Positions 36,577 through 48,799 of a stretch of DNA of 64,000 bases are shown here, in pieces. A program made the position numbers and the translations under genes. This DNA comes from Eledone cirrhosa (taxonomy: Eukaryota), in the NCBI GenBank assembly GCA_964016885.1, contig OZ024741.1, positions 113,832,001 through 113,896,000 on the forward strand. The letters run 5' to 3'. Under the pieces are notes generated by a model. It worked only from the letters and a program-made list of their open reading frames with translations. It searched no databases and was not told the origin of the DNA. Within the stretch, counting starts at the first letter, position 1, and every line of letters starts with the position of its first letter.

Positions 36577-39325
36577 CGATAAGACAGTAGAGGTAGTTCG
36601 AGTTAGTAATAGAATAATTAAGCTTAGATTAGTTGTAGGCAGGAGACTACTGACAATCATCTCTGCCTCTGCTCCCCAAGCAGGTCTTGGCAAAGAAGAG
36701 AAAGACTGCTTTTACTAGCAACTTTTACCAACAGCCACAATAACAGAGGACAGAGACATCGTTATGCTAGCAGGGGACTTCAATGGTCATGTTGGACAGC
36801 TCCAGGATGATTACACTTGGGTACATGGTGGGCACAGTTACGGCTCAAGAAATGAAGGAGTGAGACTTCTTGAATTTTGTGCTGCAAATGCACTAATCAT
36901 TTGCACATCTAACTTCCAGAAACCTGCCAACCACCTAATAACCTACAAATCAGGCGATCACATAAGCCAGTTAGGCAACAGCACAGACAGATGGTGTCAA
37001 ATACCAAGGCATAGACCGGGGAAGAATGTACCCCACAGCATAGGTTAGTCGTTAGTCATATCGCAGTAAGCAAGAGACAGAATGAGACATACAGGAAGGT
37101 GTGGAGAAGAAAGGTCTGGAAGTTAAAAGACCTTTCACTAAAATACAAATTTAGGAAAGCCCTTCAAGATGTGTATGACGAAAAAGAAGACGATTTAGAG
37201 TCGGATGACATAGATGATAACTTGAATTTCTTATGTGACAACATACTGCAGGCTACTGAAGAAACAGAGGGTGACCTGGTGGTGGAACAGCATGGTAGAT
37301 AGGGCTATTAGAGACAAAAGACTAGCATGGAATGCTAAGAAAGAAGCTAGACGTCAGGTGTAGTTAGCATGCAGGGAGGCTGAGAGTAGGAGGTTTGCCA
37401 ATGTTCTGCAACAGGAAGATCAAAGACGTGCAGTATTCTGCATTGCAAGGCAGTGTGTCAGTGCAAATCAGGATGTTGTTGGAGATAAATGTGTCCGGAA
37501 TTATGCTGGTGTACTTAGTATCACGAATGATCAGAAAAAGGTGGCCTGGAAATGTAATTATGCGAGATTAATGAATGTGGAGAATGAATAGGAGAGAGAG
37601 AAATTACCACCAGTAGATCCAACAGAGGGACCAGCTATTGAGATTGACGAATATAGGCTCCAAGAGGCGATTAAGAAAATGAAAAATGGTAAGGCTGCTG
37701 GACCGTCGGGGATAGTTGCTGAGATGCTAAAGGCGTCAGGGAACGTAGGCACTAAACTGGTTGGACGCATCATCAGTCAGGCTATATATGGCAGTGTCAT
37801 ACCCAAAGACTGGTGCAGCAGTATTCTCATAAATTACTACAAAGGTAAAGGGGATGCTCTGGAGAGGAGCAATTATAAGGGCATAAAACTGATGTTTCAG
37901 GTCATGAAAGTGGCAGAAAGGATATTAGCGCAACTAATTAGAGAAAGGGTCAAACTAGATGAGATGCAGTTTGGTTTTGTGCCTGGGAAAAGTACAACGG
38001 ATGCCCTTTTCTTAGTGAGACAATTACAAGAGAGGTTCTTAGAGAAGAATAAGCTACTATACTTAGCTTTTGTTGACCTAAAGGCCTTTGATAGGGTACC
38101 CCAATCTGTCATCTGGTGTTCCCTAAGGAAGCTGGGTGTTGAGGAATGGCTTGTGAGGACAGTGCAAGCTTTGTACAGAGGTGCTGTCAGTAAAGTGAGG
38201 GTAGGAATGGAGTTTAGTGAGGAATTCCAGATACAGGTAGGAGTACATCAGAGTTCGGTCCTCAGCCCGCTCTTGTTCATTATAGTACTCCAAGCCATAA
38301 TAGAGGAGTTTAAGACTGGCTCTCCATGGGAACTTCTCTATGCTGACGATCTGGTTCTTATAGTAGAATCAATAGAGGAACTAGAGAATAAATTCTGGCT
38401 ATGGAAACAGCAGTTGGAATCAAGAGGACTGAGAGTGAACCTAGCTAAGACAAAAGTGTTGATGAGTAGAAATGAGGACAAAACTCTGATTCCATCAGGA
38501 AATGGCCATGTTCAATGTACAGAAAAGGAACTGGCATAAATTCTATAAAATGCAGATTTGGGGTACACAAGAGATGTAATGGGATAGCAGCCAAATTAAC
38601 AGGTAGGGAGAAATACGTATGCAGTAGATGTACAGGGAAATTTGACAGTAGAAGTCACATTGATAGACACATTTTTCAAATGCAGGTGGGTGCTATAGAA
38701 GTGGTTGATAGCTTCCGGTACCTAGGTGATCAGATTAGCATGGGAGGAGGGTGTTTCAAGGCTATAGTATCTAGAATAAGGATGGGTTGGAAGAAGTTTA
38801 GGGAGCTGTTTCCTCTGCTGACGAAGAAGGGTTTCTCCCTGTGTATGAAAGGCCAGTTATATGATGTCTGTGTGAGGTGCGCGATGCTGCATGGTAGTGA
38901 GACATGGACAGCAACTGCAGAGGATATGTGACGGCTGGAGAGAAACAAGGCAAGCATGCTCCGTTGGACGTGCAATGTCAATGTGCGTGAATGGCCAAGC
39001 ACGGATGTGTTGAGAGAGAAACTGTGTCTGACAAGGATAAATTGTTGTGTGCAGGAGAGGAGACTGCGATGGTATGGACATGTGATGCGCATGGAGGATG
39101 ACCGATGGGTGAAGAAGTGCCAAGAAATGCCAGTTGAAGGAAGAGGTAGTAGAGGAAGACCACGAAAAACATGGGAAGAGGTGGTGAGAGCAGACTTCAG
39201 ATCGCTGAATCTCACGGTGGAGCTGACGAAGGACCGTGACAAGTGACATGCTGTGCTGAATATGACCCGTCCCACCCTTGCAAGCAGAGAAAAGCGGGCG
39301 TAAAATAATGATAATGATGATGATG
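36577..39325 (+). mobile_element. RTE-B LINE, 5'-truncated and degraded
   Basis: GDFNGH, FVDLKAFDRV, LLYADD, PHD-like remnant, RLRWYGH; 3' end cccacccttgcaagcagagaaaagcgggcgtaaaa followed by (atg)n. Confidence 0.93.
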
Positions 39326-39374
<49 letters not shown>

Positions 39375-39558
39375 TCATATATATATATACATATATATAT
39401 ATATGAAATATAAGTATTACATATATATATACACATATATATATATATGTAATATATGTAAGTATTACATATATATATATATATAAATATATATGTAATA
39501 CATATTTATATGTAATACTTATATATAAGAAATATATACATCTATATTTATATACGGT

Positions 39559-39810
39559 GAAGGCGCATGGCTTAGTGGTTAGAGCATTGGGCTTGCAATC
39601 GAAAGGTTGTGAGTTCAATTCTCGGACGGGTGATGTGTTGTTTCCTTGAGCAAGACACTTTATTTCACGTTGCTCCAGTTTACTCAGGTGTAGAAATGAG
39701 TACCGGCCTGCCTGCTCAGCCAGTGGGATGGCATTATCTTATGGCTAAAACAGCACAACATGCTGTGACCAGCTGCGCCGATTGGCGATAGACTGGTCGG
39801 TCAAGGTGAT
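39559..39810 (+). mobile_element. tRNA-head/CORE-like SINE with an alternative 3' part
   Basis: ggcgcatggcttagtggttagagc (A box)...gagttcaattc (B box)...ccttgagcaagacactttatttcac; diverges from family A after ~39700. Confidence 0.8.
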
Positions 39811-40100
39811 ATATATTACATTTATATATATACATGTTATATATATATTACATATATAGATATATATATGTATATATATATATTATATATATATATATAT
39901 ATTAGGATTGGTGCTCTGAAATAACGATGTATACATGAATGTATGTATAGTATATTTGGCAATATACTGTATGTTTAATTAAAAACATTTTGAAGACCTT
40001 GCGCTATCATTTTTAAAGTAGTGACTATGTCACTTACTGATTATTACTGGAATTCTATAAGAATCCAGCCTCTATAATTTTCGGCAGAGGTGGTGAGTAC

Positions 40101-40147
40101 GATGCTCTGAGGAACACCGGCAGTGTGAAACAGAATATGTCAGCTTC
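40101..40147 (+). ncRNA. Type-I hammerhead ribozyme inside a 194-bp element with 30-bp inverted ends (40009-40038 / 40173-40202)
   Basis: gatgct-CTGAGGA-acac cggca gtgt-GAAA-ca gaata tg-TC-agcttc; complete core with a GUC cleavage triplet. Confidence 0.8.
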
Positions 40148-40742
40148 TCTCCCTTCTTTTGTCGAAAAAATAAGTAAGTGACATAGTCACTACTTTAAAA
40201 ATAGACGTTAAACGATGATGATGATAATATTGATAATATATATATCTCTATATATATAATATATACATATATACATATATATATATACACCATTTAAGTT
40301 ATTTTGATCAGCTTATTGTAGAACTGATGGTTCTGGTAGGCAAATCATGATGCATTGAAATAATAAAGCACTCAACATTATGGATGTCACCAATTGTAGT
40401 TGTGGTAGCCAGTGGTTGGTGAGTAAAGTATTTAAAATGATAACAGGTGGCCAAACTGGAAGATATGCTGTAAATTTCAATTCCGTGAAATCACTATACC
40501 TATTTCAATTGCCCAGCTCAATCAGCCATTTATGATGCAAGACAGGATGGTCTCATCTGGTAACTTTGATGGTATTACAAGACAGGATTACATAGAGCCC
40601 ATACTTATTGTAGAAGATAGGGAAAAGACAATAGCAAGTCCAAAATTGAAAAGTGATAAATGAAAAGTTTGACTTGAGAACTGTTTATAAAAAGACTGTT
40701 GTATTGGGAGCTGTCTCCACACAATATATATATATATAATTT

Positions 40743-41229
40743 ATTATTATATTACATTCAAGGACGGTGACTTGGCAGTATCGGTAGAGGGTCAGACATG
40801 CTTTCCAGCATAGTTACATCCCTTTACAATCTGAGTTCAAATCCCGCCGAGGTTAACTTTGCCTTTCATCCTTACGAGGTCGATAAAATAAAGTACCAGT
40901 AATGTACTGGGTAATTGCTGGCCTTGTGCCATAAGTAGAAACAATTATTATATTACAATCAAAGTAAAGGATCTCATGAATGATACAAAAATCAAACATA
41001 TGTCTTGTCCCTAAAAACAGCTAAAGATAGAATTCAAAGAATAAAATTGAGCTGTTTCTAGAGACAAGACATATGTTTGATTTTGTATCATTCATGACAT
41101 CCTTTACTTACAATGTAATATTATAATTGAACTCAGAATGGAAAGAGCCGTAACTCTATGCGTCAAAGCATGGCGTCCGACCCTCTACCGATACTGCCAA
41201 TCCACCGCCCTTGAATGTAATATAATAAT
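40743..41229. repeat. Composite inverted structure: SINE-B (+), internal hairpin (40945-41128), partial SINE-B (-)
   Basis: attattatattacattcaagg...ttggcagtatcggtagaggg mirrored at ~41165-41229; inner arms aaggatctcatgaatgatacaaaa...cagct / agctg...tcatgacatccttt. Confidence 0.85.
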
Positions 41230-41318
41230 GATATTTCTGCTCCTTATTTGGTGACCTGTTTAATACATCGAGAGGTTGGACTGCTATTTCTAGTGGATGA
41301 GAACCCTTTCATGTTGTT

Positions 41319-41660
41319 CATCATCATCATCATCATTTCATTTTACGTCCACTTTTCCCTGCTTGCAAGGGTGGGACAGGAACTGATTCTGGCTTGATTT
41401 CTACAGCTGGATGCCCTTCCTAACACCAACCTCATTTACAGTGAGTGCTGGGTGCTTTTTTGCCGTGGCACCTCCACGACCACTTTTCAGTGGAATGATA
41501 GGGACCCCAGTCCCTATCATCTCATTTCTACACTGAGTAAACTGGAGCAATGTGAAATAAAGTGTCTTGCTCAAGGAAACAACACATCACCCGGTCTGAG
41601 AATTGAACTCACAACCTTTCGATTGCAAGGCCAATGCTCTAACCACTAAGCCATGTGCCT
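41319..41660 (-). mobile_element. SINE family A, full length
   Basis: Reverse complement shows tRNA head, CORE-like segment, AGGAAGGGCATCC and RTE-B tail with (ATG)n. Confidence 0.88.
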
Positions 41661-41753
41661 CTATTGCGGGTGCTAAATGCATATATTGATACCATGTGCG
41701 TTTAGTCACTTTCAACCCTGTATTAACCGAGATTGGGTAATTTTGAAATTCCC

Positions 41754-41813
41754 TCACTGACGATCTGTTTCAAAATACCCAATTTTGACGTTATTTGATG
41801 AAATGTATTCTGA
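41754..41813 (+). ncRNA. Possible type-I hammerhead motif
   Basis: tca-CTGACGA-tc...tcaaaat acc caattttga...gat-GAAA-tgtat-TC-tga; stem I is only 3 bp. Confidence 0.45.
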
Positions 41814-42558
41814 TTTTATGGAAAATACATATGAGCGAAACATATTGATCATAATCAGGTATTTTGTTTTAACTTTTTATAAATTTTAATAAGATACTCT
41901 ACGAATTATGTAATCTTATATTTAGTGCACATTTTCTCTAGTTTTGATATTTATATATGTATGTATGTGTGTGTGTATGTGTGTGTTTGTGTGTGTATGT
42001 ATAATCATCATCATATATGCAATAGTCTTCTGCAGTTTCAATTTATGTGATTCCACTTACAAAGAATTGGTCAACACAAGGTGCCTTGCAGCAGGACTGA
42101 ACCTAGAAGCAGCTGGTATGATGCAAACTCCTTAACCACACAGTTATACCTACACCATGTGTATGTATGTGTCATCATCATCATCATCATCGTTTAACGT
42201 CTATCTTCCACACTAGCATGGGTTTAGACGGGAATTGTCCCACTTGAGGCAAGATTGGTTGTCTTGATCGTATAGGACTGTCTGGCAGGTTTTCTACGGC
42301 TGGGTGCCCTTCCTAACACCAACCACGTTTACAGTGTGTATGTATACATATAGTGTATTGGTAACATTTAGATACTGTTGGTTCACCAGTTTGAGAACTC
42401 AATGCTAATATTCGGGCCCAGTTACTGATGTGGGATTCTACACTTGGTATTTCACCATAGTCAATATCCTTAAGAAACTACAACAGAATATAAATTGGCA
42501 ACATCTTAAGGATATATAACAGTGAGGCAGAGCTAATTCCATTCATTCAAGAATCCCC

Positions 42559-42646
42559 AGGTCTGATGAGCTATTAATTCCAGAGTTGGGGCTGGTTATT
42601 ACAAATCGTACCTTGAGCTGATTGGTCATGAAACATACGTCACATG
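42559..42646 (+). ncRNA. Possible hammerhead with a long, decayed stem II
   Basis: caggt-CTGATGA-(~58 nt)-GAAAC-atac-GTC-acatg followed by AATAAA. Confidence 0.45.
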
Positions 42647-42783
42647 TGAATAAATATAAATATGTTATATCGTTACTAAATTCCTACTCGTTATTATTAT
42701 TCGATAAAATAAAGTACCAGTAATGCACTGGTAATTGCTGGCCTTGTGCCTAAAGTAGAAACAATTATTATTATTATTATTAC

Positions 42784-45700
42784 TGTTCTTTGAGTCTCAG
42801 TCATTGATGTTAGTTAACTGGAAAGTTTGTTGAAATGAATATCAAGTCACTACCTGCAGCCTCAGATATTCAGGACGTATTGGAGGGTTCTTGCTGTTCC
42901 CAGCAAGCATGCCTTTTGAAGCGTTCCAAAAAGCGTGGCGGGGCCAATTTTCTTTAACCATCCCTGGAAACTTTTTGAGATAGTACCTAGTGCGCCTATG
43001 ACAATCGGGACCACTTTGACTTCATGGCAGTTCCAAATCCTTTTTACCTCCTACTTTAAGTCCTGGTATCGGTTAATTTTCTCCCTCTCCTTCTCTTGCA
43101 CTCTCGTGTCGAATGGGCAGGCCACATCCACAATCAGGCACGATCTTTTTTCCTTGTCCAAAACCACCAGGTCAGGTCTATTGTGTTCCAGTTTCTTGTC
43201 CGTCTGTATCCTAAAATCCCACAGCACCTTCACCTGATCGTTTTCTATCACTGACTGTGGCTTATGCTCATACCACTTCTCAGAATGTGGTAAATTGTTT
43301 ACTTTGCATAGGTGCCAGTGGCTCACCCTGCCCATCACATCATGTCTCCAGCCCTTATAGTGAGTCTGGGCTAGGTATTTACACTCGGATACAATGTGAG
43401 CCACAGTCTCCTCTCTCTCTCCACAGATCCTGCACAGTGAGCTAGCCTCCCCCTTGTAAATATGGTGTTTCAACCACTTCGTTTTGAGCGCCTGCTCTTG
43501 TGCAGCCATTAACATTCCTTCTGTAGCCTTTTTAAGGTCTCCTCTTTTCAACCAGTTCCATGTCTGTGGATCTCTGAATTCAGTTTTCTCAAAGAAGGTA
43601 CTATGAAGGGATTTTTCATGAAGGCTGCTCTTTCTCCTTGTTGTTATTTCCTCCTTAGACATCCCCTGGTCTATTGTCCTCTCCTTCAGTACAATTCTGA
43701 GCATTGGCTCCTTACTATCAGTCACGTATTTGTGTAGGTTGTTTTTCTCCACCTGAACACAGTCCTCTATGCTGATAAGACCTCTTCCACCTTCAGATCT
43801 CCTTAAGTAGAGTCTATCGACATCACTCCTCTTGTGGAACATGTTGTAGATAGTCAATAGCTTCCTAGCCTTCCTATCCATTTCTTTTTGTTCAGCAACA
43901 TTCCATCTCAGAATTCCCGCACTGTCCCTAATAATAGACACAGCTCGGGAATTTACTGCACTTATGGCATTCCTACTGTTCAGATGTGACTTTAATACGC
44001 TCCTTACTCTCCGAATGTATTCAGTTCTTATCAATTCCTTCATTTTTTTTGTCTTGATGTCATCAGCCTCCAGAACGCCCAAGTACTTGTATCCTTCTTC
44101 AGAGTCAATTTCCTTTATCATCTCACCTGTTGGTACCTGGATTCCGTTGCTTCTGCTCAATTTACCCCTCTTCATCACAATGTCTCCACACTTAATAATA
44201 CCAAATTGCATACATATATCATTGCTGAAAATACGAACAGTGTCAACAAGCACATCCAACTCCTTCTCACTCTTCCCGAAGAGCTTAAGATCGTCCATGA
44301 AGAGGAGGTGACTGATGGTAAGCCCTCCCTTTCCCAACCTGTATCCTGCTCTCACTTTTCGCAGTACACTGGTCAGGGGCATCAGGGCAAGGACAAACAA
44401 CAGAGGGGAAGACTATCTCCCTGGAAGATACCTCTCTTGATCTTCACGTTTCCCAAGGATTCTCCAGTTGATGTTAACTCTGTTTCCCAGGACTTCATAC
44501 TTTTGCGCAACAACTGTCTGATGTTATCTGCCACATTGAAGATCTCCAGGCTTTTGGTGATCCAAGAATGAGGCACCATGTCAAATGCCTTTTTGTAGTC
44601 TATCCATCCCATGGCAAGACCAGTGTGTCTCCTCTTGCAATTCCTCATTACCATCTTATCAATAAGTAACTGGTCCTTTGTACCACGTGACTTCTTTCGG
44701 CATCCTTTCTGTTCGTCCGGTAACAAGTTGTTTGTGTGGAGGTGATGGTAGATTTCCTCAGACATAATGCTTGTCAACAGTTTCCACATTACGGACAGAC
44801 ATGTGATAGGTCTATAGTTGGAAACATCATTACCCTTGATTCGGGTGGAGGGATGTTATATTTTTAATCCAATACCCCTGCACACCATCTGGGTCTGATG
44901 ATTTCCAGTTGGTTAGTTTTTTGGCCTGCCCCTTAAGAGTTTCAACTGTGATACTCAAATCAGTTTGTTGGTTTGCCTGTTCACTAATCTCCTTCTGTAC
45001 TGTCTCAATCCACACTGCCTGGTCATTATGTTTAACATCCTGCTCCCATATTCCTCTTCAGAATGTTTTAGTTTGTTCCGCCTCAGGGATCAAGTCGTTG
45101 CCTCTTTCTTTCCCTTCAAGCTGTCCAAACAGCATCTTCTGGTTGTTGTCGAACATGCGGTTCTGTCTATACTGACTGACTCTGTTCTCGTATCGCCTGA
45201 TTTTTGCACTCTTTGCTACAATGCGTTGCTTCAGTTCCTCTATGATAATATTTAGTTTTTTCCTCCTAGTTTTGTACTTTATTTCCAGTCTATTTTTAGT
45301 GTCTATGTTTTTTAGTGTCCCATTCAGTAGGGACTCAAGCTTTCCAATGTCATTTCTCATTTCCCTGATTTGACCACTCAGTCGTTTCTTCCACCAAGGC
45401 TCTGCTCTTTCTTGTCTGTTGTTTCCTCTCGCTTTTATACCAAGTAGTTTCCTCACCGTATTTGCTGTTGCTTTGAGGATATTGTTGCACTGGTGAAGGC
45501 TCCTCGCCTCAAGGTATGGGATGACTTTGTTTACCTTAGCTGTTGTTTCTTTTAACTTTTTCCTGTCTACAAATCTTAGGTTCATAGGTCTCCCACTATC
45601 ATTGTTCAATTCATCTACCACTAAGTTTAGGATATCAACCAAATCTTGTCCTAGCTCGTCAGCATTCATCTCCTCAGTGGCCGTATCTCTGTTCCAGGTA

Positions 45701-46230
45701 TTATTTATCTCAGCATTCAGATTATTGTCTGCTTCGGGTGGTTCCTCCGTTCTCTCGACCTCTTAACCTTCATTTCCCACTGGCTCGTTTGCCTGGCATA
45801 CTCCACTCTCCATCTCCAAGCTAATCTCTCTGCTCAGTTCCTCCAGTTCCAGCTCGCTTATCCACCCATTAGTTCTTATTACCCGAGCCTGCCCGGCCAA
45901 TTTTTGTTCATCTAATTTAAATAGACCAATCTCGTTCCAGATGTTATGCATCCGTTTCCTATAGCCTTTCTCCTTGGGGTTACTCTTCAGGTAACATTGC
46001 ATAACAGTTCTATTCAATTCTTTCGTCCAGTTGGTTCTGGTCCCTTTCCTTCTTCTTCTTCCTCCGACACCAGCAGTATTTGGTTGACAGCCAGGTCCCT
46101 GCTGCTGAGCCAGGGAGCACCTGTTGGGTGAGAGTCTGTCACATGACATTCTGTCCATTTCACCGGTATTCGAACTGTTTAGGTTCGACATTTAAACACT
46201 CTTATCAAGGATTGGCGAATGTATGGTTAC
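42784..46230 (-). mobile_element. R4/Dong-clade LINE (RT + CCHC + restriction-like endonuclease), degraded, 3' end at a (TAA)n tract
   Basis: [61 protein letters not shown]...IVDVACP...EKINRY; N-terminal WTKELN. Confidence 0.93.
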
Positions 46231-47608
46231 ATAACCACCGGTGAATTCATCGCCTCCGGTGGTTTCGTCACTCCACGTGATTTTTGTGTGACATTATCAC
46301 GCTGTAGACGAACATAAATAAACAAACAAACAAACAGCAAAAAAAAAAAAAAATGAATAAGCATAAGTTTCATTGTAATGTAGTGTTTGAATGTCTGACT
46401 TAGTTTTTCCCTTCCCTTTTCTGTCCGTCTGTTTGTTTTTATCTTCATTTTTATTTTATTTACGTTTTTCGTTGTTGCCGTGCTGCTTTGATTTTGATTT
46501 TTGTTTTTTTGATTTTGACCGGGTCATCAATTCAGTCTATTTATATCTTTTGATGCCTTCTTCTTTTAATGGGGATTCTAAAATGTAGCAGGGGGTAGCG
46601 GGAGAGAATAGCGGCGGTAGTGATAATGAGGCAGTGGTAGTGGTGGCGGTGCTGTGCTAGCAGCAACTAGCAGGAGGTAGTGGGAGAGAATAGCGGCGGT
46701 AGCGATAATGAGGCAGTGGTGGTGGTGATGTGATCGTATTACTGTAGTAATGGTGTTGAAGTTGGAGTAGAAATAGCGGTTGAGTCGACTTGACCAGAGT
46801 TTTCATCGTGGTAGTGATGGTGAAATTATCTTTAGTTATTTAGTCATTTTGTCATTTTCCTCCTTTTCGACTCTAACATTCCTGATCCAAAATTAAATAT
46901 TAATCTTGTTTATTAATAATGTCTAGTGATACCGCCATCTTCCCCTTTCGTAAGTTAACAGAAGGTAATGGGGGGATAGCGGTGGTAGCAATGAAGGGGT
47001 GGTGGCGGCGGTGATGGGATAGTGGTAGTAATGATGGATGGGCGGCGGTGGCGGTGACTGTAGTGATGGCGTTGTCGTTACTGAGTTTTGTTGAATAGAC
47101 TGTATTTTTGTTTGATCGGTGAATCTATGGGGTTAGTCGCGTATATGTGTTGACATATTTTCTTAATATTGGAATTAAACATTTTATTAAAACTTGAGAC
47201 AATAATAATAGTAATTATTATTATTATGCTGAGATTGGTGGTGGTGGTGGTGGTGAAATTGCCGTTATCTGGCTGTTGTGTTTAGTGTACACAGAGGGGT
47301 GATGGGGTAGGTGGTGTATCTAGTTTCTGGTGTTGGTGAAATTGCTGTTATTTGGCTGTTCTATGTAGTGTAGACAGAGGGGGTTTTCTTCCATTTATAA
47401 CCATTTTCTTTTTTTAATATAAAATGTATAAAACAAAATTGAATATTTGACCGATATAACAATATATTATGGATCCGAATTTTTTGGGACTTAAGCCGGA
47501 TGCTTTATGTATCATTTGTACTAAGAATTGTTATTTCACAATTGATTTAAATATGTTAAAAATCAAAACATACGGGAGCGATTTCACGACCTCTATCCAC
47601 TATTATTA

Positions 47609-47654
<46 letters not shown>

Positions 47655-48799
47655 AGTTGCATTTATCTTGCTTTATGTTCATACGAGTTATCACCAAGTC
47701 ACAACCAGTGACCTCAAGAGACAACAAGGTGCGCCATGTTCAAGAAAGAACATACATACACACACATGCTTACAATATTTGAATATAACTGAATCGTCGG
47801 ACATTACTTAATGATGTTCGTAATTGATAAAATATTTTACTTAGAGAGGTCAATGTTTCACCGTGTTGTCTTTCCTATGATACATTAAGTATAGACATAT
47901 CTTTATGTCATGTTTTCACATCAACATCACGTAAAATTCCATGGGATTCATTCATTTCAATCTGAGATGTGATCATAAGAGACAACCTCATTCTATTCCA
48001 GGTGGAATTTGAAATCATTAATCTATATGTATGAAGCTAATTACCGTACACACTTTCTCTAGTTTCTCATTTAGTAATTCCCTCAACTTTGCTATGTCAT
48101 CCAAACATTATACGTTTAAGAAACTTATTTCAGATTCTCCTATATACCTAATTCAATAAACATTTTGGGGGATGTTGTATCCTTCCTAAAATATGCTTCT
48201 CTTTGAAGCAATGAGAGAATGTTTACGTTGTTGATGGAGCTGTATGAGACAACAGCAAAAGTCGTTTTTATATCTCAAATGTAACCACAAATATTTCAAG
48301 GATTTTTACATTCTATCTCCAATTTGGCACAGTATTCAACAGCAAAAAGAATCCCAAATCAATAAGACAATAGAACCGTGTGGAAATGGAAGCACCAATG
48401 GAAACATAAATTTTAAATCTCCGAAGCCGTTTATGAAAGTATTGAAGAAGACAAGAAAACACACTTCGATCTTCCGACATGGCCTATCAGAAGAAACCGT
48501 CACCGAATCATCATTTTTCTTACCTGTTGTACAAACCAAACTGGACACAGAACACTGCACAAACATTCTAAACGTTCTTTAGAGTTATGAAATAACACAT
48601 ATGAATAAACCATAGATGACGAACATCATTAAGTAATGTCAGTTTCATGAGGAGATAAAACGCCTCCATCCTTTTGAAGGAAAAATAAAAACAAATGAGT
48701 CTATAAATCCTGGAAAACTGTAAGTCCGGTATTGGACCCCCCCCCCCCCCCAAAAAAAAAAACACTATTCTCCTTTTACTTGACTCCACTTTTCAAGTT

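Noticed and set aside
39562-39630. tRNA gene
   Set aside because: A and B boxes are present, but the sequence continues into a SINE body and gives no convincing cloverleaf.
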